From an uncultured Chloroflexia bacterium (GTDB lineage: Bacteria > Chloroflexota > Chloroflexia > Thermomicrobiales > CFX8), in contig CAVSNU010000002.1 in assembly GCA_963729445.1 (NCBI GenBank), positions 1,143,925 to 1,207,924 of the forward strand: a DNA stretch of 64,000 bases. The letters are read 5' to 3'. Shown piece by piece: positions 8,994-17,490 of this stretch; positions within the stretch are counted from its first letter, which is position 1, and the number at the start of each line of letters is the position of its first letter. Made by a program: the position numbers and the translations under genes. The notes under the pieces are model-generated. The model ran no database searches. It was given only the letters and a program-made list of their open reading frames with translations, and was not told the origin of the DNA.

Positions 8994-11317
8994 ATGGTTC
9001 GCAGTGCGATGATGGGCGCGCGAGTGCGCCGCAAGGAAGATCCCCGGCTCATCACCGGCTCATCCATCTATGTCGACGACCTGCAGCTACGAGGCATGAC
9101 TCACGCGGCCTTCTATCGGTCCCCCTTCGCGCATGCCACGATCACCAACATCGATACCTCCGCTGCCCGCGCTGCTCCCGGCGTCATCGCCGTCTATACC
9201 AACGAGGAGCTGCGCGAGTTTTGCGGCACGATGATTGACAAGGTTGGCAGCGAGGGCGTGCCTCCTGAAGAAGACCCTCCGATCCCAACACCGGAAGTGC
9301 AACCCATGGCCCAGGGGAAAGTACGCTGGGTTGGCGAGCCGGTCGTCGTTGTGCTCGCCGAGAGTGCGGCTCAAGCTCGGGATGCCGTCGAGCTCATCTC
9401 GATCGATTTTGAGGAACTGCCGGCCGCTATCAATTGCGAAGCCGCCATGGCTGACGGCGCACCGCAAATCTGGGAAGAAGTCAAGAACAACATCGGGGTA
9501 CACAAGATCCACACCACGGGCGATGTTGACGCAGCGTTCCGTGACGCAGACGTCACCATCTCGCAACGGATCATCTCACAACGGGTGATTCCGCTGGCGA
9601 TGGAGGGGCGGGCAACCACCGTCGCACCAGACCCGCTCACGGGCGGCCTCACCGCCTGGACTTCCACGCAGGCTCCGCACTGGTGGCGGAATGAGATCGC
9701 CGGCCGGATTGGACTGAGCCAGTCCAAGTTTCGGGTGATTGCCCCGGAGGTGGGCGGCGGGTTCGGCAGCAAGATCAGCTCGTACCAGGACGATCTGGTG
9801 GTCTCGGCGCTGGCCAACAAGCACAAACGCACCGTGAAGTGGATCGAAGACCGCACCGAGAACATGGTGGGCACCCACCATGGGCGCGCCCAGATCGCGG
9901 ACATCGAGCTGGCCGCCACCAACGACGGGAAGATCACCGGGATGCGGCTGCACGTCATCCAGGACGCGGGCGGATACCAGCGCGGGCTCGATCTGGTCGA
10001 ATTCACCGCGACGATGGCGTGCGGCTGCTACGCCATTCCAGCACTCATGACGGACGTCAAGGCGGTCTACACCAATACCATGGCGGTGGGCGCGTATCGT
10101 GGCGCCGGCCGGCCGGAAGCCGCCTACTACATCGAACGCGGCATCGACATCCTGGCCGCAGAAGCTCGGCAAAGATCCCGCCGAGGTACGCAAGATCAAC
10201 TTCATCGCCCCCGATCAGTTCCCCTTCACCACCGCGACCGGCGAGAAATATGACACGTGGGGAGTACGCTCGAGCGCTGGATAAAGCCCTGGACGTTTCG
10301 AACTACGCGCAGCTGCGCCAGGAGCAAGCAGAAGCACGCGAACAGGGGCGGCTCTACGGCATCGGTCATGGCCTCCTACGTCGAGATCTGTGGCTTCGGA
10401 CCGTTCGAGAGCAACGCCGTCAAGGTGGAGCCGAGCGGTGCGGTGAGCGTCTATACCGGCATCTCGCCACATGGCCAGGGCCAGGAAACGACGTTTGCGC
10501 AGATCGTGGCCGATCAGCATCGGCGCCAATTTCGATGAGGTGGTGGTTCACCACGGCGACACCGACAACACCGCGCAGGGCAACGGCACCATGGGTAGCC
10601 GCGGTCTGGTCGTTGGCGGCGGCGCATTGATGCTCTCGCTCGACAAGATCCGGGAGAAAATCAACAGGATCGCCGCCCACATGCTGGAGGTCGCAGTCGA
10701 AGACATCGAGCTCGTCAACGACAGGTACCAGGTGAAAGGTACGCCGGATCGCTCGGTCGACGCTGGCGCAGGTTGCCGAGGAAGCCTACGGCGGCAACAT
10801 CCCGAAGGGAATGGAGCCGGGACTTAACACGACCGACTACTTCGAGCCGCCCGACGAGACCTTCCCGTTCGGCACGCACGTCGTTGCCTGCGAGATCGAT
10901 CGCGACACTGGCAACGTGACGCTCCTCAAATACTTCTCGATCGACGACTGTGGCACTGTCGTCAGTCCTCTGCTGGTAGCGGGTCAGATCCACGGCGGTC
11001 TCGCCCAGGGTATTGCGCAAGCACTCTGGGAAGAGGCGGTCTACGACGAGACCGGCCAGCTCGTCACGGCGACGCTGATGGACTACGCCATGCCGAAAGC
11101 CGATTTCTTCCCGCAGTTCGTTTTGGACAGTACCGTCACCACGTCGCCGCTGAATCCGCTCGGCGCCAAGGGAATCGGTGAAGCGGCGACGATCGGCTCG
11201 ACGCCGGCCGTCGCCAACGCCGTGCTGGATGCCCTCTCGCCACTGGGCATCACCCACCTGGATATCCCGTTAATTGCGCCGAAGGTCTGGGCAGCGATCA
11301 ACACATCACCGCAATAA
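8994..11317 (+). pseudogene. Xanthine dehydrogenase family / form-II CoxL-like molybdopterin-binding large subunit, copy 2, 5 frame changes
   Basis: GAAGGAGGG RBS precedes ATG 8994. The sequence is colinear with copy 1 (MVRSAMMGARVRRKEDPRLITG ... AYRGAGRPEAAYYIER ... GEAATIGSTPAVANAV). The frame moves F3>F1>F2>F3>F1>F2 near 10160, 10258, 10367, 10518 and 10758. Confidence 0.8.
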
Positions 11318-11345
11318 CCCCTCATGAGGGCGGACTAGATATAAG

Positions 11346-11388
11346 TTTTGGCAACCGAACTTTGTCGGCCAAAGTTCGGTTGCCAAAA
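11346..11388. repeat. Perfect 18-bp inverted repeat with 7-nt loop (TTTTGGCAACCGAACTTT gtcggcc AAAGTTCGGTTGCCAAAA)
   Basis: Read directly. It lies 29 nt after the CoxL-like copy 2 stop and 77 nt before the Xre antitoxin start. It could be a terminator or an operator. Confidence 0.6.
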
Positions 11389-11464
11389 TCTGTCGTCGGG
11401 CGTATTCTTAGCGTATCGATCCTGAGTTGCCCGCTCTTCTGGCCCATAGACAGGATTAGCCACC

Positions 11465-11815
11465 ATGGTCATGATCGACATTACACCGCGTCAAGCTCTT
11501 GAGCAGCTTGAGTATGATCTCGCGCTAACGCCAGCTGACCTAGCTAATGCATTAGGCGTTTCCCGACGCACGCTTGAGAGGTGGCGATCCGGCGAGGCAT
11601 ATCCTCAGCGCGAGTCACGAGAGAAGCTGGCTGAGCTTATTGAGCTTGATGAGCATCTACGTGAGGCGTTCAAAGCAATCGAGGACGTCCGAGAATGGAT
11701 GCATACTGAAGCTCGCTACCTCGGATGGGCTACTCCGGCAGACATGGTCCGTCTCGGAAGAACGGATCGTGCAAGGGCCACGATCGAAGTTCTTGAATCC
11801 GGCATCTTCATTTAA
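11465..11815 (+). CDS. Xre-family antitoxin with C-terminal RES-toxin-binding (DUF2384/MbcA/ParS-like) domain
   Basis: HTH-like LANALGVSRRTLERWRSGEAYP and a C-terminal WMHTEARYLGWATPADMVRLGRTDRARATIEVLESGIF. It lies directly upstream of the RES gene. Confidence 0.8.
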   Translation: MVMIDITPRQALEQLEYDLALTPADLANALGVSRRTLERWRSGEAYPQRESREKLAELIELDEHLREAFKAIEDVREWMHTEARYLGWATPADMVRLGRTDRARATIEVLESGIFI

Positions 11816-11827
11816 CGACCTATCTAC

Positions 11828-12382
11828 GTGAACGCCGCCGACGCGCCGCACCCCGAAGACTTGCTTCGCAGATGCCCTATCGTCGACTGGCGCGGCACCG
11901 CTTGGCGTGCACACGGTCGAATGTACCCTGGGTTAGATCCTGGAGGGGCACGAAAGAATTCAGGTCGCTTTCATCGTGCACCCGACTGTTTTCCAGAGCA
12001 CGCTACATGGACTGCACTCTATCTCGGCCTTGCCCCCGAAATCTGCCTTGGCGAGATCCTGCGACATACACCACCGAGAATGATGTCACGTCTCAATATC
12101 TATCGGATCAGCGAAATAGATGTCGAGCTTAATGCGGTCATCGACTGCCGCGAGATCGCGGCGCTAGGAATCTGCCTCGACGCTCTCCTGAACGACCTTG
12201 ACTACACTGTTCCACAACGCATTGCCGCGGCAGCACTCGCTACAGGTGCAGAAGGCCTGCTCGTGCCATCCGCTACCCGGCTGGGGGACAACCTCGTCGT
12301 CTTCCCCGACCAGCTTCATCCTGATTCACGTCTCGAAATCGTTGGCAGCCGCGATCCGGTGCTCTATGTTGAGCGCTCGTAG
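11828..12382 (+). CDS. RES domain toxin (MbcT/ParT family)
   Basis: GTG start. R-E-S signature context: GRFHRAP, ALYLGLAPEICLGE and LLVPSATRLGDNLVVFP. It is paired with the upstream Xre/DUF2384 gene. Confidence 0.8.
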   Translation: MNAADAPHPEDLLRRCPIVDWRGTAWRAHGRMYPGLDPGGARKNSGRFHRAPDCFPEHATWTALYLGLAPEICLGEILRHTPPRMMSRLNIYRISEIDVELNAVIDCREIAALGICLDALLNDLDYTVPQRIAAAALATGAEGLLVPSATRLGDNLVVFPDQLHPDSRLEIVGSRDPVLYVERS

Positions 12383-12384
12383 AG

Positions 12385-12984
12385 ATGAAGCTGCTGATCG
12401 GCACCCAGAACCCGGCAAAGTTTGCGCGTTACAGGACCATCCTCAACGAGATTCCAGGGCTGGAAGTCGTCTCACCGGCAGACATCGGCGTGATACTCTC
12501 AATTGCCGAAGATGGCGCGACCGCCGAAGCCAACGCGCGGATCAAGGCACGCGCTTATGTGCAGGCGACCGGACTCCCCACGCTTAGCATCGATGAAGCA
12601 CTCTATGTCGACGCATTCCCACCCGGCGACCAACCAGGGACGCATGTGCGCCGCCTTTTGGGACGCACTGCATCGGATGAGGAGCTGCTGGCCGCTTTTC
12701 TGGAGCGTACGAAACACCTCTCACCTGGCGAGCGTGGTGTGACCTGGATCTATGCTATCTGCCTGGCGCTGCCAGACGGTCCTGAGCTCCACGACCAGGT
12801 GGAAATTCCCGCGGTGCTTGTCGATCGTGCTGTGCTGCCGATTCTGCCGGGCTATCCACTCAGCTCGATCCTACTCAACCCCGAGTTTGGCAAGGTCCAC
12901 CGCGAGCTCTCACCATGCGAAGAGCGGCAGCGGCTTAGGGTACTCTACGAAAAGGTCCACTCCCTAGCGTCGCAGATGCTCTAA
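12385..12984 (+). CDS. Divergent Ham1/RdgB (ITPase)-like non-canonical NTP pyrophosphatase family protein
   Basis: MKLLIGTQNPAKF compares with the ATGNxGK motif, EDGATAEANARIKA with the ETGxTFxENAxxKA motif, and SIDEALYVD with the ADDSGLxVD motif. The GFGYDP and SHR motifs are not recognisable. The ATG lies 2 nt after the RES stop. Confidence 0.5.
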   Translation: MKLLIGTQNPAKFARYRTILNEIPGLEVVSPADIGVILSIAEDGATAEANARIKARAYVQATGLPTLSIDEALYVDAFPPGDQPGTHVRRLLGRTASDEELLAAFLERTKHLSPGERGVTWIYAICLALPDGPELHDQVEIPAVLVDRAVLPILPGYPLSSILLNPEFGKVHRELSPCEERQRLRVLYEKVHSLASQML

Positions 12985-13955
12985 CTATTAAGCAGCCTGA
13001 GATCCCGCATGATCGATTCCACAGCGTGATGATCGTGGAAACTGCGCTCAGGGAACCTGACGATCGTGCGTGCCAGCCAGCGAACGCCAATCAGCAGGCT
13101 TGAGAAGCTGATGCGCCGCTTGTGGTCCGGTGGGAGCGGCGTCACTTGCCCGTAGCCCTCCAGCAGATAGGGCAGCACCATGTCCGGCAGTGTCTCGCCA
13201 TCGTGGAGCCTGAAGTGTCCGAGGTCATAGAACAGATCGCCACCACGGATCTCTCCGAAGTCGATGATGCCGGTGTAGCGACCGTCCTGCTGGAAGATAG
13301 GAGTCACATCGAAATCGCCGTGAGCAAGCCACGCCCGATCGACATCGAGCCAGCTATCATAACGCTCTATCGTCTCGTGGATGGCGGTGATTTCTCCGCC
13401 CCTGAAGAGACTCCCCATAGCTGAGAGACGCGCGTCGAAGTCTTCGAGAGCGAAGGCTCTGAAGCTGCCCTGGTCCGCCTCCAGGTCGACAGCCTCTGCG
13501 CGTTCGCGCTTGATCCAGCCAAAACCGTTTACCTGAACACTGTTGATTATCGCCAGATCGCGGCCGGCTTCGATGAGAACGTTTCTTGTGTCACGATCCA
13601 CAGTCCGCCGGCCGACGTGCTCACCGGCAATCTCAGTCGTCACCATGACCGAGTGCCCTACAATCTCATTGAAGTGGTCAACGTAGACGACCTCGGGAAC
13701 CTTGACTCCGCGCTCACGCAACAACTCATGCACGCGCGCTTCTGGCACGAAGCTGGCACCTTCCTCGGGCAGGATGCGCAGATAGAAAACCTCGTTCTCC
13801 CCGACGATCCGGTAGACATACGTGGAGACGCCTTCTTCGACCCGCTTTACGGAGTAGGCGAATGCGCCAGGGAAGATCCGCTTGACAAGCGTTCTGACTT
13901 CCTCGGAGACGGGGGCGCCTAATACGTCCGTCATCGGTTTAGTCAGCAACCTCAA
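12981..13955 (-). CDS. Phosphotransferase enzyme family (APH/choline-kinase-like) protein
   Basis: LAHGDFDVTPIF (HxD catalytic loop, but the usual N is absent) followed by IIDFGEIRGGDLFYDLG (DFG-like). The N-lobe is kinase-like. Its stop overlaps the Ham1-like gene by 4 nt, convergently. Confidence 0.7.
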   Translation of the reverse strand: MRLLTKPMTDVLGAPVSEEVRTLVKRIFPGAFAYSVKRVEEGVSTYVYRIVGENEVFYLRILPEEGASFVPEARVHELLRERGVKVPEVVYVDHFNEIVGHSVMVTTEIAGEHVGRRTVDRDTRNVLIEAGRDLAIINSVQVNGFGWIKRERAEAVDLEADQGSFRAFALEDFDARLSAMGSLFRGGEITAIHETIERYDSWLDVDRAWLAHGDFDVTPIFQQDGRYTGIIDFGEIRGGDLFYDLGHFRLHDGETLPDMVLPYLLEGYGQVTPLPPDHKRRISFSSLLIGVRWLARTIVRFPERSFHDHHAVESIMRDLRLLNS

Positions 13956-13972
13956 TCAGCCGAGACTCGGCG

Positions 13973-14182
13973 TTACTCGGCAGGAAGGTCAGTCGAAGTG
14001 GTTGGCTCTGGATTGGGAATGCCAAACACTGCCATCGCTTCAAGGTGGACCTCGACCGCTTCATGCATATTGGCAATGGCCTCATCGACCGTCTCGCCAG
14101 TCGTAATGCACCCTGGCAAATCCGGTATGTATGCGGAATAGTTGTTGTGGGCCTTCTCAACGATGACAGCAAAGCGCTTCAT
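13973..14182 (-). CDS. HicB-family (UPF0150) antitoxin-like protein, no hicA partner visible
   Basis: MKRFAVIVEKAHNNYSAYIPDLPGCITTGETVDEAIANMHEAVEVHLE. The start is set at ATG 14182 after GAAGG; the ORF extends to 14272. Confidence 0.7.
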   Translation of the reverse strand: MKRFAVIVEKAHNNYSAYIPDLPGCITTGETVDEAIANMHEAVEVHLEAMAVFGIPNPEPTTSTDLPAE

Positions 14183-14275
14183 TCTGTGCCTTCGTCTTTC
14201 CAACCCGCCTGCTTCTGAATACTGTTCCAAGAGGCCCGGCCGGCTACTAAGTAGCCGGCCGGATTCATCCACAGG

Positions 14276-17200
14276 CTACGCGCTAACCGGAGTGACCTTG
14301 GCCTCTGCGATCTTCTCGTTCAGGGCCGAAAGGTCGGTGTTTAGCAACTCGTCGAGCTCAGCAAGGGCGGTATCAACCCGGCCGGAGAGGTCCTCGAAGA
14401 GCTCCTGCGACTGCCGGTTGGGCTTGCCTTCGGCGCTGGCGACAACACCCGCCAGGCTGGCCAGCTTGGAGTTCAGCATGACCGGGAACTTCAGGCGGTC
14501 CTTGGGTCCCTTGGCGCGGGTCTGCACGATCTGGCCCTCAACTCCGGACAGCTTCTCCTTGAAGTCCCTGGCTGCGCTCTTGAACGACTCATCGTCGATG
14601 CGCTCTTCCCAGGCTTCGATCTGTTTGGTGATGGCGCGGATCTTGCCGACGCCCTCGTGGGCGGCCGAGATCTTGTCACGGATCTGCTTCTGCAGCGCGA
14701 ACTGGGCATCGAAGTCGGCCTGGGTCGATCCCACCCGCGGGTCCCCGAGGATCTGGAACGACTCGGTCAGGGTCTTGTCGCCGACTTTCAGCTGCACCTG
14801 GTACTCGCCGGGAGCGACCTTCGGGCCACCGACAAACGTCTTACTGACCTCGTCGCCCTCAATCAGGGTTGCGTCGGCAATGCGCATGTTCCAGACGAAG
14901 CGATTCGTCCCGGCCTCGGTCTTGACCCGCTTTTCCTTCTTCTTCTCGTCCTTCTGCGAGGAGAATGACTTGATCTCGTTGCCCTCCTTGTCGAGGAAGG
15001 TCAGAGTGACCTCGCCGCCCGGCTGCTCCTTGAAGGAGTAGTGCACGATCACGCCGTCCGGTGGGTTGTTCCCGGCATCGAGAAAGAAGATCTCCGTCTC
15101 ACCATCCGGGTTGGTCGTCTGTTTGTACGTCACGTTCAGACCATTCGCGGCCTTCAGGTTCTTACCCTGAATCGCCTGGTGTCCGAAGCCCTCTTTTCCT
15201 GCGAATCGCGTCGTGTCTCTGGGCTTGAAGAGGTGCACGTCCTTGCAGAGCACCTCGTCTACCATCTGCCGCAGCGGCGAGATGTCGTCCAGGATCCAGA
15301 ACGAGCGCCCGTGGGTTGCCACGACGAGATCGCTGCCGTGGATAACGAAGTCATGGATCGGCACGAGCGGCATGTTGAGCTGCAACCGTTGCCAGTTCTC
15401 GCCGTCATCGAACGAGACATAAATCCCAGTCTCGGTACCGGCGAACAGGAGTCCGCGCCGCTGGGGATCTTCCCGAATCACCCGGGTGAAATCATCCTCG
15501 GGGATGCCGTTGACGATCGTGGTCCAGGTCTTGCCGTAGTCGCTGGTCTTGAACAGGTACGGCTTGTTGTCGTGGCTCTTGTAGCGTGTGGCGGCCACGT
15601 AGGCCGTTGCAGCGTCATGCGGCGAGGCTTCGATGATGCTGATGAGCGCCCAGTCCGGCAGCTCTGGTGGATTCACGTTTTCCCAGTTCTCACCGCCGTC
15701 GCGGGTGAGGTGGAGCAGACCATCATCCGAGCCGGCCCAGATGACGCCGCCCTCAACCGGGGACTCCGCCACCGCGAAGATCGTGCCGTAGAACTCGGCC
15801 CCGGTCATGTCCTTTGTCACGGGACCACCCGACGGACCCATCGTCTCAGGATCGGCACGCGTCAGGTCGGGACTGATCGGGTCCCAGCTCTGGCCATCGT
15901 CGTTCGAGCGAAAGAGCAGGTTGCCGGCTGTATAGAGCACACCCGGCTTGTGCGGTGAGAGCAGGGTGGGCGAGGTCCACTGGAAGCGGTATCTGGTCTC
16001 GCTCGCGGCATGCCCGGAAACATTCTCCGGCCAGACGGTGATGTTCTTCTGCAACCCGGTGGACCGATCGTAGCGGGTGAGCAAGCCCTGGTAGCTGCCG
16101 GCGAACACAATATCGGGGTTGTCGGGCCGCACCGCGATGTAGCCGCTCTCACCCCCGCCGATCTCGTCCCACTCGGTGAAATTGATCGCCACCGCGTTCG
16201 ACCGGCTGGGCAGGCTCAACGTCGTGTTGTCCTGCTGGGCACCGTACACCCGGTAGGGCGTCTGGTTGTCGGTGATGACGTGATAGAACTCGGCCGTCGG
16301 CTGGTTATAAAGCGTCGACCAGGTCTCACCGCCGTTGTAGCTGACACAGGCGCCGCCGTCGTTGCCCATCATCATGCGCTCGGGATCCGCCGGGTCAAAC
16401 CAGAGATCGTGGTTGTCAACGTGCGGTGTCGAGACGACCTGGTACGTAGTGCCACCATCAACTGATTTCCAGAGCTCGAAGTTCGGCACCCAGACCGTGT
16501 CGGGGTCCTGTGGGTCGGCGGCGATGTGCATCCAGTACCAGGGGCGCTGGATCAGGTTGGCGTCGCCGGTCAGTTTCTTCCAGGTCTCGCCATAGTCTTC
16601 AGAGCGATAGACGCCAGATTCCTCGACGTGATCCACAATTGCCCAAACGCGGCCGGCCTTCGGGGCAGCGGCAAGCCCGATCTTGCCCAGCAGTCCTTCC
16701 TTGGGAAGTCCCGGGTTGCGGGTAATCTCGGTCCAGCTGTCGCCGCCGTCCTCGGTCTTGTAGATGCTGCTGTCTGGACCACCACTCTCCAGGCTGTAGG
16801 GTGTGCGATGCGCCTCCCAGAACGCGACATAAAGGATACGCGGGTTGGTCGGGTCCATCGTGATGTCGCAGACACCGGCCTTGTTGCTGCGAAACAGCAC
16901 CTTCTCCCAGCTCTGGCCGCCGTCCTGAGTGCGGTAGACGCCGCGCTCCTCGTTCCGCCCCCAGACATGCCCGAAACCACCGACGTAGGCGATGTCCGGG
17001 TTCGTGGGGTGAATCTCGATCTCGGAGATGTTCTGGGTGTCTTCCAGCCCGCAGTGCCGCCAGCTCTTGCCGGCGTCGCTGGATTTGTAGACGCCATCAC
17101 CAAGCGAGACATTGCCGCGGATGGTCGTCTCGCCCATGCCGGCGTAGATCACGTTCGGATCAGAGGGTGAAACAGCCAGCGCTCCTACTGAAGCGCGCTT

Positions 17201-17392
17201 GAAGTAACCATCCGAGACGTTCTCCCAGATCACACCCCCGTCGGTCGTCTTCCACACTCCACCACCGGTCGAGCCAAAATAGAAGACCCTGCGGTCTGAG
17301 GGATCGCCGGCAACAGCCACGACGCGGCCGCCACGATGCGGTCCGAGGAGGCGGTACTGCATTGATTTCAGCAGATCAGGGTTTACGCTCAA
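14276..17392 (-). CDS. Asp-box (BNR) repeat / sortilin-Vps10-like double beta-propeller protein, paralog 1 (1038 aa)
   Basis: About 10 SxDxGxTW-type Asp boxes (SSDAGKSW, TQDGGQSW, TEDGGDSW, SNDDGQSW, TRDGGENW, TSDYGKTW, SFDDGENW ...). TTG start after AAGGAG. No signal peptide. The C-terminal ~170 aa look helical. Confidence 0.8.
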   Translation of the reverse strand: MSVNPDLLKSMQYRLLGPHRGGRVVAVAGDPSDRRVFYFGSTGGGVWKTTDGGVIWENVSDGYFKRASVGALAVSPSDPNVIYAGMGETTIRGNVSLGDGVYKSSDAGKSWRHCGLEDTQNISEIEIHPTNPDIAYVGGFGHVWGRNEERGVYRTQDGGQSWEKVLFRSNKAGVCDITMDPTNPRILYVAFWEAHRTPYSLESGGPDSSIYKTEDGGDSWTEITRNPGLPKEGLLGKIGLAAAPKAGRVWAIVDHVEESGVYRSEDYGETWKKLTGDANLIQRPWYWMHIAADPQDPDTVWVPNFELWKSVDGGTTYQVVSTPHVDNHDLWFDPADPERMMMGNDGGACVSYNGGETWSTLYNQPTAEFYHVITDNQTPYRVYGAQQDNTTLSLPSRSNAVAINFTEWDEIGGGESGYIAVRPDNPDIVFAGSYQGLLTRYDRSTGLQKNITVWPENVSGHAASETRYRFQWTSPTLLSPHKPGVLYTAGNLLFRSNDDGQSWDPISPDLTRADPETMGPSGGPVTKDMTGAEFYGTIFAVAESPVEGGVIWAGSDDGLLHLTRDGGENWENVNPPELPDWALISIIEASPHDAATAYVAATRYKSHDNKPYLFKTSDYGKTWTTIVNGIPEDDFTRVIREDPQRRGLLFAGTETGIYVSFDDGENWQRLQLNMPLVPIHDFVIHGSDLVVATHGRSFWILDDISPLRQMVDEVLCKDVHLFKPRDTTRFAGKEGFGHQAIQGKNLKAANGLNVTYKQTTNPDGETEIFFLDAGNNPPDGVIVHYSFKEQPGGEVTLTFLDKEGNEIKSFSSQKDEKKKEKRVKTEAGTNRFVWNMRIADATLIEGDEVSKTFVGGPKVAPGEYQVQLKVGDKTLTESFQILGDPRVGSTQADFDAQFALQKQIRDKISAAHEGVGKIRAITKQIEAWEERIDDESFKSAARDFKEKLSGVEGQIVQTRAKGPKDRLKFPVMLNSKLASLAGVVASAEGKPNRQSQELFEDLSGRVDTALAELDELLNTDLSALNEKIAEAKVTPVSA

Positions 17393-17490
17393 CGTGTTTC
17401 TCCTTCATCTGGATATCATCCCGGTCCACTTGTCATCCCAACCGGGTACCCGCCTCGGAATGACGAGCGGCCTTTCGCGGTGCACTCCTG

